A stretch of DNA of 64,000 nt from Promethearchaeia archaeon (GTDB lineage: Archaea; Asgardarchaeota; Lokiarchaeia; Sigyniarchaeales; SOKP01), in NCBI GenBank assembly GCA_029856145.1, contig JAHQWK010000001.1:128001-192000 (forward strand), written 5' to 3'. This document shows, one piece after another, positions 29,115-38,401 of this stretch. Every line of letters begins with the position of its first letter. The stretch's first letter is position 1. The notes below the pieces were generated by a model. It made no database searches, had not been told where the DNA came from, and saw only the letters and a program-made list of their open reading frames with translations. Both the position numbers and the translations under genes were made by a program.

Positions 29115-29444
29115 ATGGCTAAGAAATACAAAAATGATAGTATAATGAAATTCTTAACTGTTATTGGGGGTTTAGTAGCTTTAGCTAGTCAAATATTTAC
29201 AATTGCTGATATTCCGTGGATCATTCCACATTATGTCGGATATTATGACATAGTATATGCAATTATTGGAATTGTTATCTCTGTTATAACAATTTACACT
29301 GCAATTAACCCTAATAATCCATTTCCATTTCATTGGTTATTTTTATTTGTTTTAGGAATATTACTTGTGATTTTTGCTGGTGGAATATTAGCCTGCGTAC
29401 TTTTAATCATCGCAGCTCTTATTGGTTTAATTGAAGTTTTATAG
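29115..29444 (+). CDS. Small membrane protein
   Basis: Three to four hydrophobic segments. Confidence 0.75.
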   Translation: MAKKYKNDSIMKFLTVIGGLVALASQIFTIADIPWIIPHYVGYYDIVYAIIGIVISVITIYTAINPNNPFPFHWLFLFVLGILLVIFAGGILACVLLIIAALIGLIEVL

Positions 29445-29512
29445 TGAAAAATTCGAGAAATGAATTCTTAAACATAATTCAAATTTTTTTCTTTTTATTC
29501 TATACAAAAATA

Positions 29513-30385
29513 CTAGTTACTAGCACTTTTTAGAAAGTAATCAATAATTTCACTTGCGATATTTATATCTGTAACTTTTTGTAATGCAGTAAATCCAGGA
29601 ATTGAATTAACCTCCAGAACGGAAAGTCCATTTTCACTCTCTATTATGTCAACTCCAGCAATTTCTGTTTTAGTTATCTTTGCTGCATTAATTGCGAGTC
29701 TTTCCATTTCATTTGATATTTCTATAGGTTCTGCTTTCGCACCAGCATAGATGTTGGTTTTCCAGCTATCACTAACCCTATACATCCCGGCGATAACCTT
29801 ATCTCTTAATACTAAAATTCTAATATCTCGATTGTAATGTTCAACAAATTCTTGCAAATAAAAAACTTGATTTATCTGACCAAGGGAATAAATAACATTT
29901 TCAGCGAAACTTCTATCGTTCAACCTAATTATTCCTATCCCTTTTGATCCATACAGAGGTTTTAAGACACAATCTCCTCCCAATTCATCAAAAGCTTCTA
30001 AAGCTTTATGTGGATCTTCGCAAATTATCGTTTTTGGTGTAGGAATGTTGTAATTTTCTAAAAAAACCGATGTTAAAAATTTGTCACTAGCAATCTCTAA
30101 TGCTTCTCTTGAATTGATTAATTTGACATCATATTCTTCTATAGCTCTTAAAATATCAAGCCTAAAAAATATCTTTTGAGTAACTGCTGCTCCAAATCCT
30201 CTTACAAGAGCTGCTTTAGGTTTAAGAGATTCAAATTGTTTGTAAAAACTACGTTGGAAACCAACACCTACCTTTATTGTTGATGGAATAAAGTATTGAA
30301 CCTTAAAGCCACGCTTTTCGAATTCAGTAGATAGAATTTGAACTTCTGGGTCTTTTGAATTTGGAGTTATAATCATTGATTCCAT
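29513..30385 (-). CDS. RimK/MptN-family ATP-grasp alpha-L-glutamate ligase
   Basis: DKF, VLKPLYGSKG.G, QEF, DIR, WKTN, AGVD, LEVNSIPG. Confidence 0.88.
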   Translation of the reverse strand: MESMIITPNSKDPEVQILSTEFEKRGFKVQYFIPSTIKVGVGFQRSFYKQFESLKPKAALVRGFGAAVTQKIFFRLDILRAIEEYDVKLINSREALEIASDKFLTSVFLENYNIPTPKTIICEDPHKALEAFDELGGDCVLKPLYGSKGIGIIRLNDRSFAENVIYSLGQINQVFYLQEFVEHYNRDIRILVLRDKVIAGMYRVSDSWKTNIYAGAKAEPIEISNEMERLAINAAKITKTEIAGVDIIESENGLSVLEVNSIPGFTALQKVTDINIASEIIDYFLKSASN

Positions 30386-30466
30386 TTCAATTTCACTTTA
30401 AAATAAATTACTTAATTAATCTATAGCACTAATTTTTAAATAAATTTAAGTTCTTATAAAATATAT

Positions 30467-31096
30467 ATGAAATCAATGAATGCTAAAGACACTGAAAATG
30501 AAATTGAGAAACTATCACGTATGCTAAGTAAGATTCAAAATCTTTACTACAAGAAAAAAGAAGAACTTGAAGAGGTAAAATCAGAGATAAATGAATTAAG
30601 AGATATTTTAAATCTCTTAAATTCTCTTATATCAAGTAAGTCATTTCATAGCGCAGACGAAATTTACTCAAAAGTATTAATTGAAAAAGCAGATAAGCCA
30701 ACTGAAGAAGAATATTTCGTTAAAGAAATATCAAAAGAAAAAGTTGAAGGAACTAATATAAAAAGAAAGATTTTTTCTAAAAGTAAAGGTAATGATGAGG
30801 AATTATTATGTATTTTAAATTTTTATGATTTTAATAGGGTTGAGATTAAATTTATTGGCCCAGAGAAGAGATCAATTAAAGAAACTTCTGAGATTTTCAT
30901 CCGTACTTTTTTAAAAGGAGCTCTTATTAAGATTAAAGAAACTAATCAAGATATGAGTTTGAATTATGAATACTTTAAAAATTCTGAGTTAATTGAACAT
31001 ATAATAATTTCTCAATTAAAATCTATAGATGAATATGATTTAATTACGTTGAAAATGAGAGAACTTTTAGCAAGTGAAGTCTCTTCTGATATTTGA
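30467..31096 (+). CDS. Hypothetical protein with an N-terminal coiled coil
   Basis: 209 aa ORF; heptad-rich N-terminus. Confidence 0.7.
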   Translation: MKSMNAKDTENEIEKLSRMLSKIQNLYYKKKEELEEVKSEINELRDILNLLNSLISSKSFHSADEIYSKVLIEKADKPTEEEYFVKEISKEKVEGTNIKRKIFSKSKGNDEELLCILNFYDFNRVEIKFIGPEKRSIKETSEIFIRTFLKGALIKIKETNQDMSLNYEYFKNSELIEHIIISQLKSIDEYDLITLKMRELLASEVSSDI

Positions 31097-31210
31097 TTTA
31101 GTAAGTTTTATAATAAAAGGTTGAATAAATTTATTTTAAATCTATTAAAAATATTAAGATTTTTTGTATAAGAAATTCCAATTAAATAAAAAACATAATT
31201 TTTAAAGAAA

Positions 31211-31978
31211 ATGATAAAAAGAAAATATTCAATTTTAATGGTTTTAAGTATTATTTTAATTTCTTTATCACTCCAAAGTATAATTTTTGTTTCTGGGACT
31301 AAAGATACAATTACAGATCCTGAGAATGATGTTTACAAAGATTTTGTAAATCCTAGTGATTATTTTGATGAAATTGATATTGTTAAATTTGAAGTCGAGG
31401 ATCAAATTGGGAATCAAATTATTAATTTGACCGTTGCGGGTAATTTGAGTGATTGGGGCGGATACATCACTCCAGCGTATAAACTTGGTGAGGTTTTTTT
31501 ATTTGAAAATTTGGATTACGATTACTATAAAGCAAATCAAAACTTCACATATCCTTATTACAAAGTTTCATATCAAAATTGGACTGGGTCAATAAATTTT
31601 GATGTCTTTTTTATTAGGTATCTAACTTATAGTAGTGTTAGAGAATATTGGACCGGTGCTGGTTATTCTACTGATAAAAACTTTGCGGAATCTATCGGTA
31701 ATGGCTCAGGTAGCGTAATTACAGCAAACATTTCAAAAACGGATTTTGAAATCAATGCTACTACTACATATTTTGCTCGTACTTGGGTTACTACACAAAA
31801 GTTGGTAGGTGAAACTATATTCATACATTTCTATTATGACTATGCCCCTGACCATTTTAACCCATATAAACTACCTGGTGGTATTCCCGGTTATGAGATA
31901 GGTATCTTTATTAGTTCTATGATCGGTCTTTCGATAATTATAATAATAAAACAGAAAAGAAAAACAAATCAAAAATAA
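31211..31978 (+). CDS. Secreted/surface protein with a C-terminal sorting signal (Loki-CTERM/PGF-CTERM-like)
   Basis: Signal peptide; several NxT/S sequons; GIPGY + TM + basic tail KQKRK. Confidence 0.75.
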   Translation: MIKRKYSILMVLSIILISLSLQSIIFVSGTKDTITDPENDVYKDFVNPSDYFDEIDIVKFEVEDQIGNQIINLTVAGNLSDWGGYITPAYKLGEVFLFENLDYDYYKANQNFTYPYYKVSYQNWTGSINFDVFFIRYLTYSSVREYWTGAGYSTDKNFAESIGNGSGSVITANISKTDFEINATTTYFARTWVTTQKLVGETIFIHFYYDYAPDHFNPYKLPGGIPGYEIGIFISSMIGLSIIIIIKQKRKTNQK

Positions 31979-32247
31979 TTAAATTTCCTTTTTTTTTTAA
32001 TTTCAAATACGAATTTGCTAATTATTTGATAAATTTAATATTAAAAAAATTACACTAGCATCCATAAATTCTATAGATTAACACAATTTTTGGTAATTTT
32101 AATATACTTATTTGAATATAACCATATCTTTTTCTGTCTGCAAAAAATTATATTGAGATAATATATTGTTTAATTAAAATAGGAAAAATTAATTATACAG
32201 CAATTCATATTTATTTTAACCAATTTACCATATGGAATACATTAACA

Positions 32248-33060
32248 ATGGCAAAGAAAAAATCATGGCTCCAAATGCCAGTAATCCACTCAAAATTTCA
32301 TGATGAAAAATTAGAGAGTGTTTTAATTAAAAAATCTTTAGAATTTTTAACTGGTGAAAGAGGTGAAGCGCCTTCCTTCCTATTTCTTTCAGGGGCTTTT
32401 TTTGATGTGAAATCATTTGCATATTCTGGATTAAGAGCTTGGAAGGGTGCTGTAAAGCCTTCAGAAGCTAATGGAGGAAGAAGACCAGTTTTAGAAGCAA
32501 CATTTGCTTCATTATCAGTTTATTTAAGCTCATTATTAGCACTACAATCAGATTTTTATTTTGCATATGATGAAATTAAAGATATCTTAATAGAAAAGAA
32601 AAGAGAAGATCTCTGGACTATTGTCTCAGAAAAACTGCCATTTATTTCTATACCTCCAAAGGAAATGTATGGGTCGCAAGTATCTCCTATCTCTCCATAT
32701 TTTGTAATTAAACAAGAGGAAGATCTAATTTTAGGAGAAATTTATCCTTCGGCATATTTATCTCAAGTTATTAGGAATATAAAGACAAGATTTTTTGTTT
32801 TTTTTCAATATCAAGGATATTCTGCTTTCGGATTCTTTAATGCAATACCAGAACTTGCAAAATTTGGTTTTAATGAGCAGCCAAACGATTTTAATGGAGA
32901 ACCTACTGGAGAGAATTTAATTAAATTTTCAAAAAATGTAAAGAACGTAAAGGAAATTTTAGTAGCACTTATTCATGCTCATAATAACGCTTTACTTGAA
33001 CAATTTTTAATACCTGATTATGAATTACTATTAAATAAATTATTAGAAGGTGAAGTTTAG
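32248..33060 (+). CDS. Hypothetical protein coupled to the downstream GTPase
   Basis: 270 aa; 3-nt gap to the next ATG. Confidence 0.75.
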   Translation: MAKKKSWLQMPVIHSKFHDEKLESVLIKKSLEFLTGERGEAPSFLFLSGAFFDVKSFAYSGLRAWKGAVKPSEANGGRRPVLEATFASLSVYLSSLLALQSDFYFAYDEIKDILIEKKREDLWTIVSEKLPFISIPPKEMYGSQVSPISPYFVIKQEEDLILGEIYPSAYLSQVIRNIKTRFFVFFQYQGYSAFGFFNAIPELAKFGFNEQPNDFNGEPTGENLIKFSKNVKNVKEILVALIHAHNNALLEQFLIPDYELLLNKLLEGEV

Positions 33061-33063
33061 GGG

Positions 33064-33693
33064 ATGGTAAATATTGGACTCCTGGGGGATGTGAGTGTTG
33101 GAAAAACTAGTATCCTAAGGTTATTCGTGAGATATTTGAAAAAAGGTGATATTGAAAAAGTTAAAGGTGGGATAAAATGTTCAGTTGTTAAAGCGGATTT
33201 CTCTGGAGAAGCCACAGTTCCGGGAGGAGAAAAGGAGGATTCTCTTAACGAAAAAGAAACTAAAACAATCCATCCAAACCGAATTGTGTTTAGAGAAGAC
33301 ACAACAAACAGAGCGCATACAATTTTCGCACCTGGTGGAGATAGAGCTCGTGCCGTTGTGAAGATGGGCATCATAACAATTTCCCGTATTGCAACACAGA
33401 TTATAGCCGTATTTTCCCTCGATAGAGACCTAACAACTCAATTTGAGTTTTTCAATGATGTTAGGTTTTTTCCAGATAAAATTTATGTCTGTATAAATAA
33501 AATCGATTTGGTTGAAGGTGACAAAGAGAAAAAGCTTAATGAGGTGAAAGTGCAAATTAATGATTTCTTTGAAAAAAGAAAGATAGCTATTAATGATACT
33601 TTCATAACCTGTGGTGAAACCATTGAAGGATTTGAAGATGTTGAAATATATAATAACCAAGTCGCAGAAATGATTTTAGAAATTACTACTTAA
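33064..33693 (+). CDS. Divergent small GTPase-like P-loop protein
   Basis: GDVSVGKTS (G1), TKT, NKID (G4); G3 appears replaced by APGG. Confidence 0.8.
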   Translation: MVNIGLLGDVSVGKTSILRLFVRYLKKGDIEKVKGGIKCSVVKADFSGEATVPGGEKEDSLNEKETKTIHPNRIVFREDTTNRAHTIFAPGGDRARAVVKMGIITISRIATQIIAVFSLDRDLTTQFEFFNDVRFFPDKIYVCINKIDLVEGDKEKKLNEVKVQINDFFEKRKIAINDTFITCGETIEGFEDVEIYNNQVAEMILEITT

Positions 33694-33727
33694 CAGTAAA
33701 TATTAATTTTCAGGAATTTATTTTATT

Positions 33728-34243
33728 CTACTTTCTCAACTTTAAAGCAGTTTTTAGAAAAAGCTTTTCTAAATCTATTAGATACCCAATTAAAGGAGTT
33801 AGGCTCACCTTATTCAAATTCTTTTCAATTGTGACAAATCCCATTCTTTTTAATTCTTTAATATCTTCTAAAACTCCTTTTTTTTTTCTTATATCTTTGA
33901 TTTTTTGAATTGTAGTTTCCCCGGAACTATTAAAACAACATATTAAGGTACAAAATAATGTTGCTGCTAATCTAGGGTTTCCATTAAATGGATTTGCTGA
34001 TATAATTTCATTTGTTTCTGGATCGAAAGAAATATACCAATATGAGTTCAGAGGGTTAAATCTAATTTGAAGATTTAAAGGCTCAAGATAATTAGATAAA
34101 TTATTTATTAAATTTTGAAAATAAATCGACTTATTCTTATCTTTAACATTTAAAGCATTAAGAATTTCTCCTTCAGTAGCTCCTATCTTAGATTTGTATG
34201 TTTTTCTACTTAATAAATACATCAAAACTGTCAATTCATTCAT
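33728..34243 (-). CDS. Kite-like (ScpB/Nse1-Nse3/JetB-type) tandem winged-helix subunit
   Basis: Last gene of the SMC operon; NLSNYLEPLNLQIR resembles kite WH-A; second WH-like ELKRMGFV...LTP. Confidence 0.6.
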   Translation of the reverse strand: MNELTVLMYLLSRKTYKSKIGATEGEILNALNVKDKNKSIYFQNLINNLSNYLEPLNLQIRFNPLNSYWYISFDPETNEIISANPFNGNPRLAATLFCTLICCFNSSGETTIQKIKDIRKKKGVLEDIKELKRMGFVTIEKNLNKVSLTPLIGYLIDLEKLFLKTALKLRK

Positions 34244-34249
34244 AGTGAT

Positions 34250-34906
34250 TCATCTCTCTTCTAAATATAAAAAATTTGATTCTTTTTGAAATTTAATTTT
34301 CCCCAATTGGAGTAGATGTAAAAGATATACGAAATATTCAAAGAGTTTTATTTGATCATGTTCATCTTCAAAAATTTCGTCATAAGAACACGGTAATTTG
34401 CTTTTAATTAAATCAAAAAAAGTCATCATTTTTTCAGTAAATTTCTGTTTGGGTATTTCTAATAAAAAGTTTGCTTTAAAATCTATTTTATCAATAGGTT
34501 CAATTATCAAAGGTTCCTTTTTCTCATTAACCAATTTATCTTTAGACGATTCAAGAAATTTTAAAGAAATTGCATCAACATTAAAAGGAGCTCTCCAGCA
34601 ATCATCTAATAATTGATGAATTTCTAAATCATTTGGATTTGTTTTTAAAAAATCGATAAATTTCTCTTTATTATCTAAAAAGTCTAGAAATATTCTTAAT
34701 TCTTCAAATTTCTGACTGAGAAGATGAAAGGCACTCTTATAAGTCATAGAATATTTGTTTAAGTTAAAGATATTAAGTGAATCTTTTAAATTCTCAAAAA
34801 TTGGCACTAATTCTATATCTAAAAGAGAAATCTCTCCGGAAAGGACTCTTGTTTTAATAGTTTCAATCATTTTATTTATTTCTTCAGAGAAATCTTTGTA
34901 TTGCAT
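34250..34906 (-). CDS. Kleisin (ScpA/Nse4-like)
   Basis: ISLLDIEL at the N-terminus; SYDEIF...FVYLLHLLQLGKI kleisin C-terminal WH; directly downstream of smc. Confidence 0.75.
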   Translation of the reverse strand: MQYKDFSEEINKMIETIKTRVLSGEISLLDIELVPIFENLKDSLNIFNLNKYSMTYKSAFHLLSQKFEELRIFLDFLDNKEKFIDFLKTNPNDLEIHQLLDDCWRAPFNVDAISLKFLESSKDKLVNEKKEPLIIEPIDKIDFKANFLLEIPKQKFTEKMMTFFDLIKSKLPCSYDEIFEDEHDQIKLFEYFVYLLHLLQLGKIKFQKESNFLYLEER

Positions 34907-34918
34907 TTTTATTGAATC

Positions 34919-37900
34919 CTATTTAATCTTTATAATTTTTGGTTTAAATATGGAAGAAATTTCTTTTTTTCCTACTCTTGCTATCCCGATTAGTTTTTCT
35001 GCAAGCAAGAATAATGAATTTGAAGATTTTGGTAAGAACATAAATAACTGAATCGGATTTTGCTCTAATGTTGATTTAATTAATTGATATACTACTTCTG
35101 AATTCTTTTCATCTAAAAACATCCCGGGTTCATCAAGCATAGAAAGTGCAGAAGGCTTAATTTCTTGCAAAGATAAGATCAAGCATATTGAAATAAGAGA
35201 AACCTGCCCTCCGCTTAACGCAGTAAAAGATTTTAATTGCTCTTTTGAGGTCGCTGCTTTAATATCAACGCCTAAGTTTTCAAAATCTCCTATTAATCCA
35301 AGATAACAATAAGATTTAATCTGAGAATCTTCAAATTTTTGATTAACCCTCTTTTGGAGATTATCTAGCAAGACACTAAATTTTTGATAATATGTTTTTT
35401 CCATTTTATTTTCTGTTTTCATTGCTGCTTTAACATCTTTCTCCAAGTTATTTTGATTTTTTGAGATTTCCTTAAGAGATGTTAATATCTGGTCTTTCTC
35501 AATCAGAATAGAATCTTCAACATCTAAATATTTGAGTAATTCTTTATCAATTTTAGAAATATCGGTTTTAATTTCCTCTATAGAACGAATTTTAATTATT
35601 TTTTCTGAGATTAAAGGACCTATTTCTGAATTAATTCTAGCTAAATCACTCTTTTTTGATTCAAGATCTTGATTATAAGAGGTTAACTTGATATTTTCTT
35701 GCTCATAGTTTAAGGTTATTTGAATATTCTTCTTCTCTAAATCACTCTTTTTGTTTTTTAATAATATTATTTCTCCTTTTAAATCAGCAATTTCATCTTC
35801 AGTTATTTTAATTTCCTCTTCCACATTTTCTAACTGACGATATATATTAAATGCCGTTTTATCTGCTTTCTGAAAAGCTTCTTTTTTTGTTTCATGCTCT
35901 TTTTGTATTGAATTCTTTTCAAATGTATGTTTATTTAATTTATCTTTTACTTCTTTTAGAATTTCTAAATTTTCACTTAATTTTAAATCCCATTTTTTCT
36001 TATCTTCATTGAGGAAAGTCAATTCATTAGGTATTTCTTTAATCCTGTCATTCCACTTGAAAAATTCTGGATCTGTTTGAGATTTTAACTCTTTAATTTG
36101 ATAATCATGTTCTTTAATTTCACTTTTAAGGTCTAAATTGATATTTTCTAATTCATGCATTTGATTGTATAACTGATTCTTTTTTGATGTAATTCTTTGT
36201 TTTTGGTTAAAATTGTAGAGGAGATCATTGAAAGACTCTTTTTTTTTAAATGTATCTTTTTGTATTGTATCTAATTTGGCTTGTTCAACTCTTAATTCTG
36301 AAATGGTATCATTTAAAGACTTTATTTCAGCTTCTAATACCTTGGATTGCTCTTTTTGAGTACCAGCACTTAATAATCCTTTTAATCTTTTTAAATACGG
36401 TGTTTCAAAGACATATTTATAAGAAATTATTTGTTCTCCCTTTAATGTTACACATTTTCCTTTGAAATTGAGTGTTTGATAGATTTGTCTCCCTGAGTGG
36501 TAATCACTTACAACAAGGCAATTTTTTATTTTTGAATAAATAACTTTTTTAATATCAATATCATCATCAATGATTTTAATTAATTCAGCTAAATAACCAA
36601 CCACATCAGTAGCAGAAATTTTCATAAGGGGTGTAATACTTATATTTTTAGGAAGATAAATATTACAGTATGCACCATATTTATCTTTTAGTCTCTTTAA
36701 CAAGTTTAAGGTATCCCAATCGTTAGCTACAAAACTATAGAGCAATCTTTCACCTAAAACTGATTCTATAGCATAGCTTAACTCATCATTATATTTTAAA
36801 TAATCAATAATAGGCCCCTTTACTTTTAATCCTCTTTTTTTTATCTCATCTTTAAGAATAGTTATACTTGAAGGGAGAATTACTCGTCGTTCTCTAAGCG
36901 AAGCCTGTAATATCTTTAATTTCTTTAATTTTTTAGATTTTGTGAAATCTAACTGCTTTATTTCGGATTCAATTTCAAATAATCTTAATGATGCTCTTTT
37001 CAGTTCTCTATCAAATTGAGTTATTAGATTTTTGGAGGGATTTTCTAAAAACCATTTATTTTTTTCTAATTTGTGCTCGATATCTTTAAAACTTTGAAAA
37101 AGCTGATTAATCTCATCATTAAAAACCTTTATTGATTTCTCATTCTCTTGGATTTTTGATAATCTTTCTTTTTTCTCAAGATTTATTTGATTGAATTTAT
37201 CAAGAAGTTCCCTATTTTGCTTTATTTTTTTTATTAATTGGTCCTGTTCAGTTATTAATTTATCAATATGTAATTCTGCATTTTTAGTTTCCTTTTTTAT
37301 TGCTTTTAATTCGTTTTCCATACTACTTTTCTGTTTCTCGAAATTATCAATTAATCTATTGAATTCCTTAATCTTTGCTGATAGCTCGTCTAACTCTTGT
37401 TTTGCTAATATTTTGTCTTTTTGCCAATTTTGAATTTTTGCAGCTAAATCTTTCTTTTTATAACTTAGCGCCCCAACTTCTTTTGAAAGTTTATTAATGT
37501 TTAATTCCTTATCTGAAATTTTATTTATTAATGCGTTTATTTCCTTATCGGAAATTTCCTTTTTCTTCTTAATTCCATCTAATACAGATTTAACATTTTT
37601 AATTATCTCTTCAATATTTATAATTTCTTTCTCTAAGCGATCTCTATTGGCCCATAAGAGCTCATCAGTAAATTTCGTTTTAATATCTAACAATTTATGC
37701 TTTTTTTCTAGGCGCTCCAATTTAGGATTTAATAGCTCCAAGCTAATATTTAATGTGTTTTTTCTACTTTTTAATGATTGAAGGTTATTGTTTAAATTTA
37801 GTACATTAGTTTTTTGTTGTAAAATTTCATCTCTCAACTCTTTTAATCCAATACCTTCCTCAAGAAAAGTACATAATTCTGTTGGTTTTAAATTTTTAAT

Positions 37901-38380
37901 AGCATCAATTTTCCCCTGGCTAACAATCGCAAACTGATTATCTGGATTGATATTTAAATCAGAAATTAATTTCTGAATATCTTGAGCTGATATTTTTTTG
38001 AAGTCATTATCACTCTTTCTTTGAATATTGAAATATGGAGATTGCCCCCTAATAACATATCTTCTTATTTTTATAATTTCTTCCACATTTTGAATATGAA
38101 CCTCAACCATTGCATGATTTTGTCTATTTCTAATGAAATTAGACCATTTTTTATATCGTTCATCTCTTTCATTACTCCCTAGAGCAAACTTAATTGCTTG
38201 AAATACAGAAGTTTTCCCACTCCAATTTGGGCCTACAATAATCACGAATTTTGATTTACCGAAATCAACTTCATCCTTCTGGAAAGATAAAAAATTTTCT
38301 AAAATTACTTTTCTAATGAAAATTCTTTTATTTTCCATTGAATTGATTTCATTTTTATTTGTTCGTGATCTAGAAGCCAA
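34919..38380 (-). CDS. smc: SMC ATPase, Smc5/6-related archaeal type
   Basis: Walker A GPNWSGKT, Q-loop VSQG, coiled coils, central hinge VKGPIIDYL...AIESVLG, signature LSGGQ, Walker B MLDEP. Confidence 0.93.
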   Translation of the reverse strand: MASRSRTNKNEINSMENKRIFIRKVILENFLSFQKDEVDFGKSKFVIIVGPNWSGKTSVFQAIKFALGSNERDERYKKWSNFIRNRQNHAMVEVHIQNVEEIIKIRRYVIRGQSPYFNIQRKSDNDFKKISAQDIQKLISDLNINPDNQFAIVSQGKIDAIKNLKPTELCTFLEEGIGLKELRDEILQQKTNVLNLNNNLQSLKSRKNTLNISLELLNPKLERLEKKHKLLDIKTKFTDELLWANRDRLEKEIINIEEIIKNVKSVLDGIKKKKEISDKEINALINKISDKELNINKLSKEVGALSYKKKDLAAKIQNWQKDKILAKQELDELSAKIKEFNRLIDNFEKQKSSMENELKAIKKETKNAELHIDKLITEQDQLIKKIKQNRELLDKFNQINLEKKERLSKIQENEKSIKVFNDEINQLFQSFKDIEHKLEKNKWFLENPSKNLITQFDRELKRASLRLFEIESEIKQLDFTKSKKLKKLKILQASLRERRVILPSSITILKDEIKKRGLKVKGPIIDYLKYNDELSYAIESVLGERLLYSFVANDWDTLNLLKRLKDKYGAYCNIYLPKNISITPLMKISATDVVGYLAELIKIIDDDIDIKKVIYSKIKNCLVVSDYHSGRQIYQTLNFKGKCVTLKGEQIISYKYVFETPYLKRLKGLLSAGTQKEQSKVLEAEIKSLNDTISELRVEQAKLDTIQKDTFKKKESFNDLLYNFNQKQRITSKKNQLYNQMHELENINLDLKSEIKEHDYQIKELKSQTDPEFFKWNDRIKEIPNELTFLNEDKKKWDLKLSENLEILKEVKDKLNKHTFEKNSIQKEHETKKEAFQKADKTAFNIYRQLENVEEEIKITEDEIADLKGEIILLKNKKSDLEKKNIQITLNYEQENIKLTSYNQDLESKKSDLARINSEIGPLISEKIIKIRSIEEIKTDISKIDKELLKYLDVEDSILIEKDQILTSLKEISKNQNNLEKDVKAAMKTENKMEKTYYQKFSVLLDNLQKRVNQKFEDSQIKSYCYLGLIGDFENLGVDIKAATSKEQLKSFTALSGGQVSLISICLILSLQEIKPSALSMLDEPGMFLDEKNSEVVYQLIKSTLEQNPIQLFMFLPKSSNSLFLLAEKLIGIARVGKKEISSIFKPKIIKIK

Positions 38381-38401
38381 ATTACCTCATCCTTTCATTT
38401 A

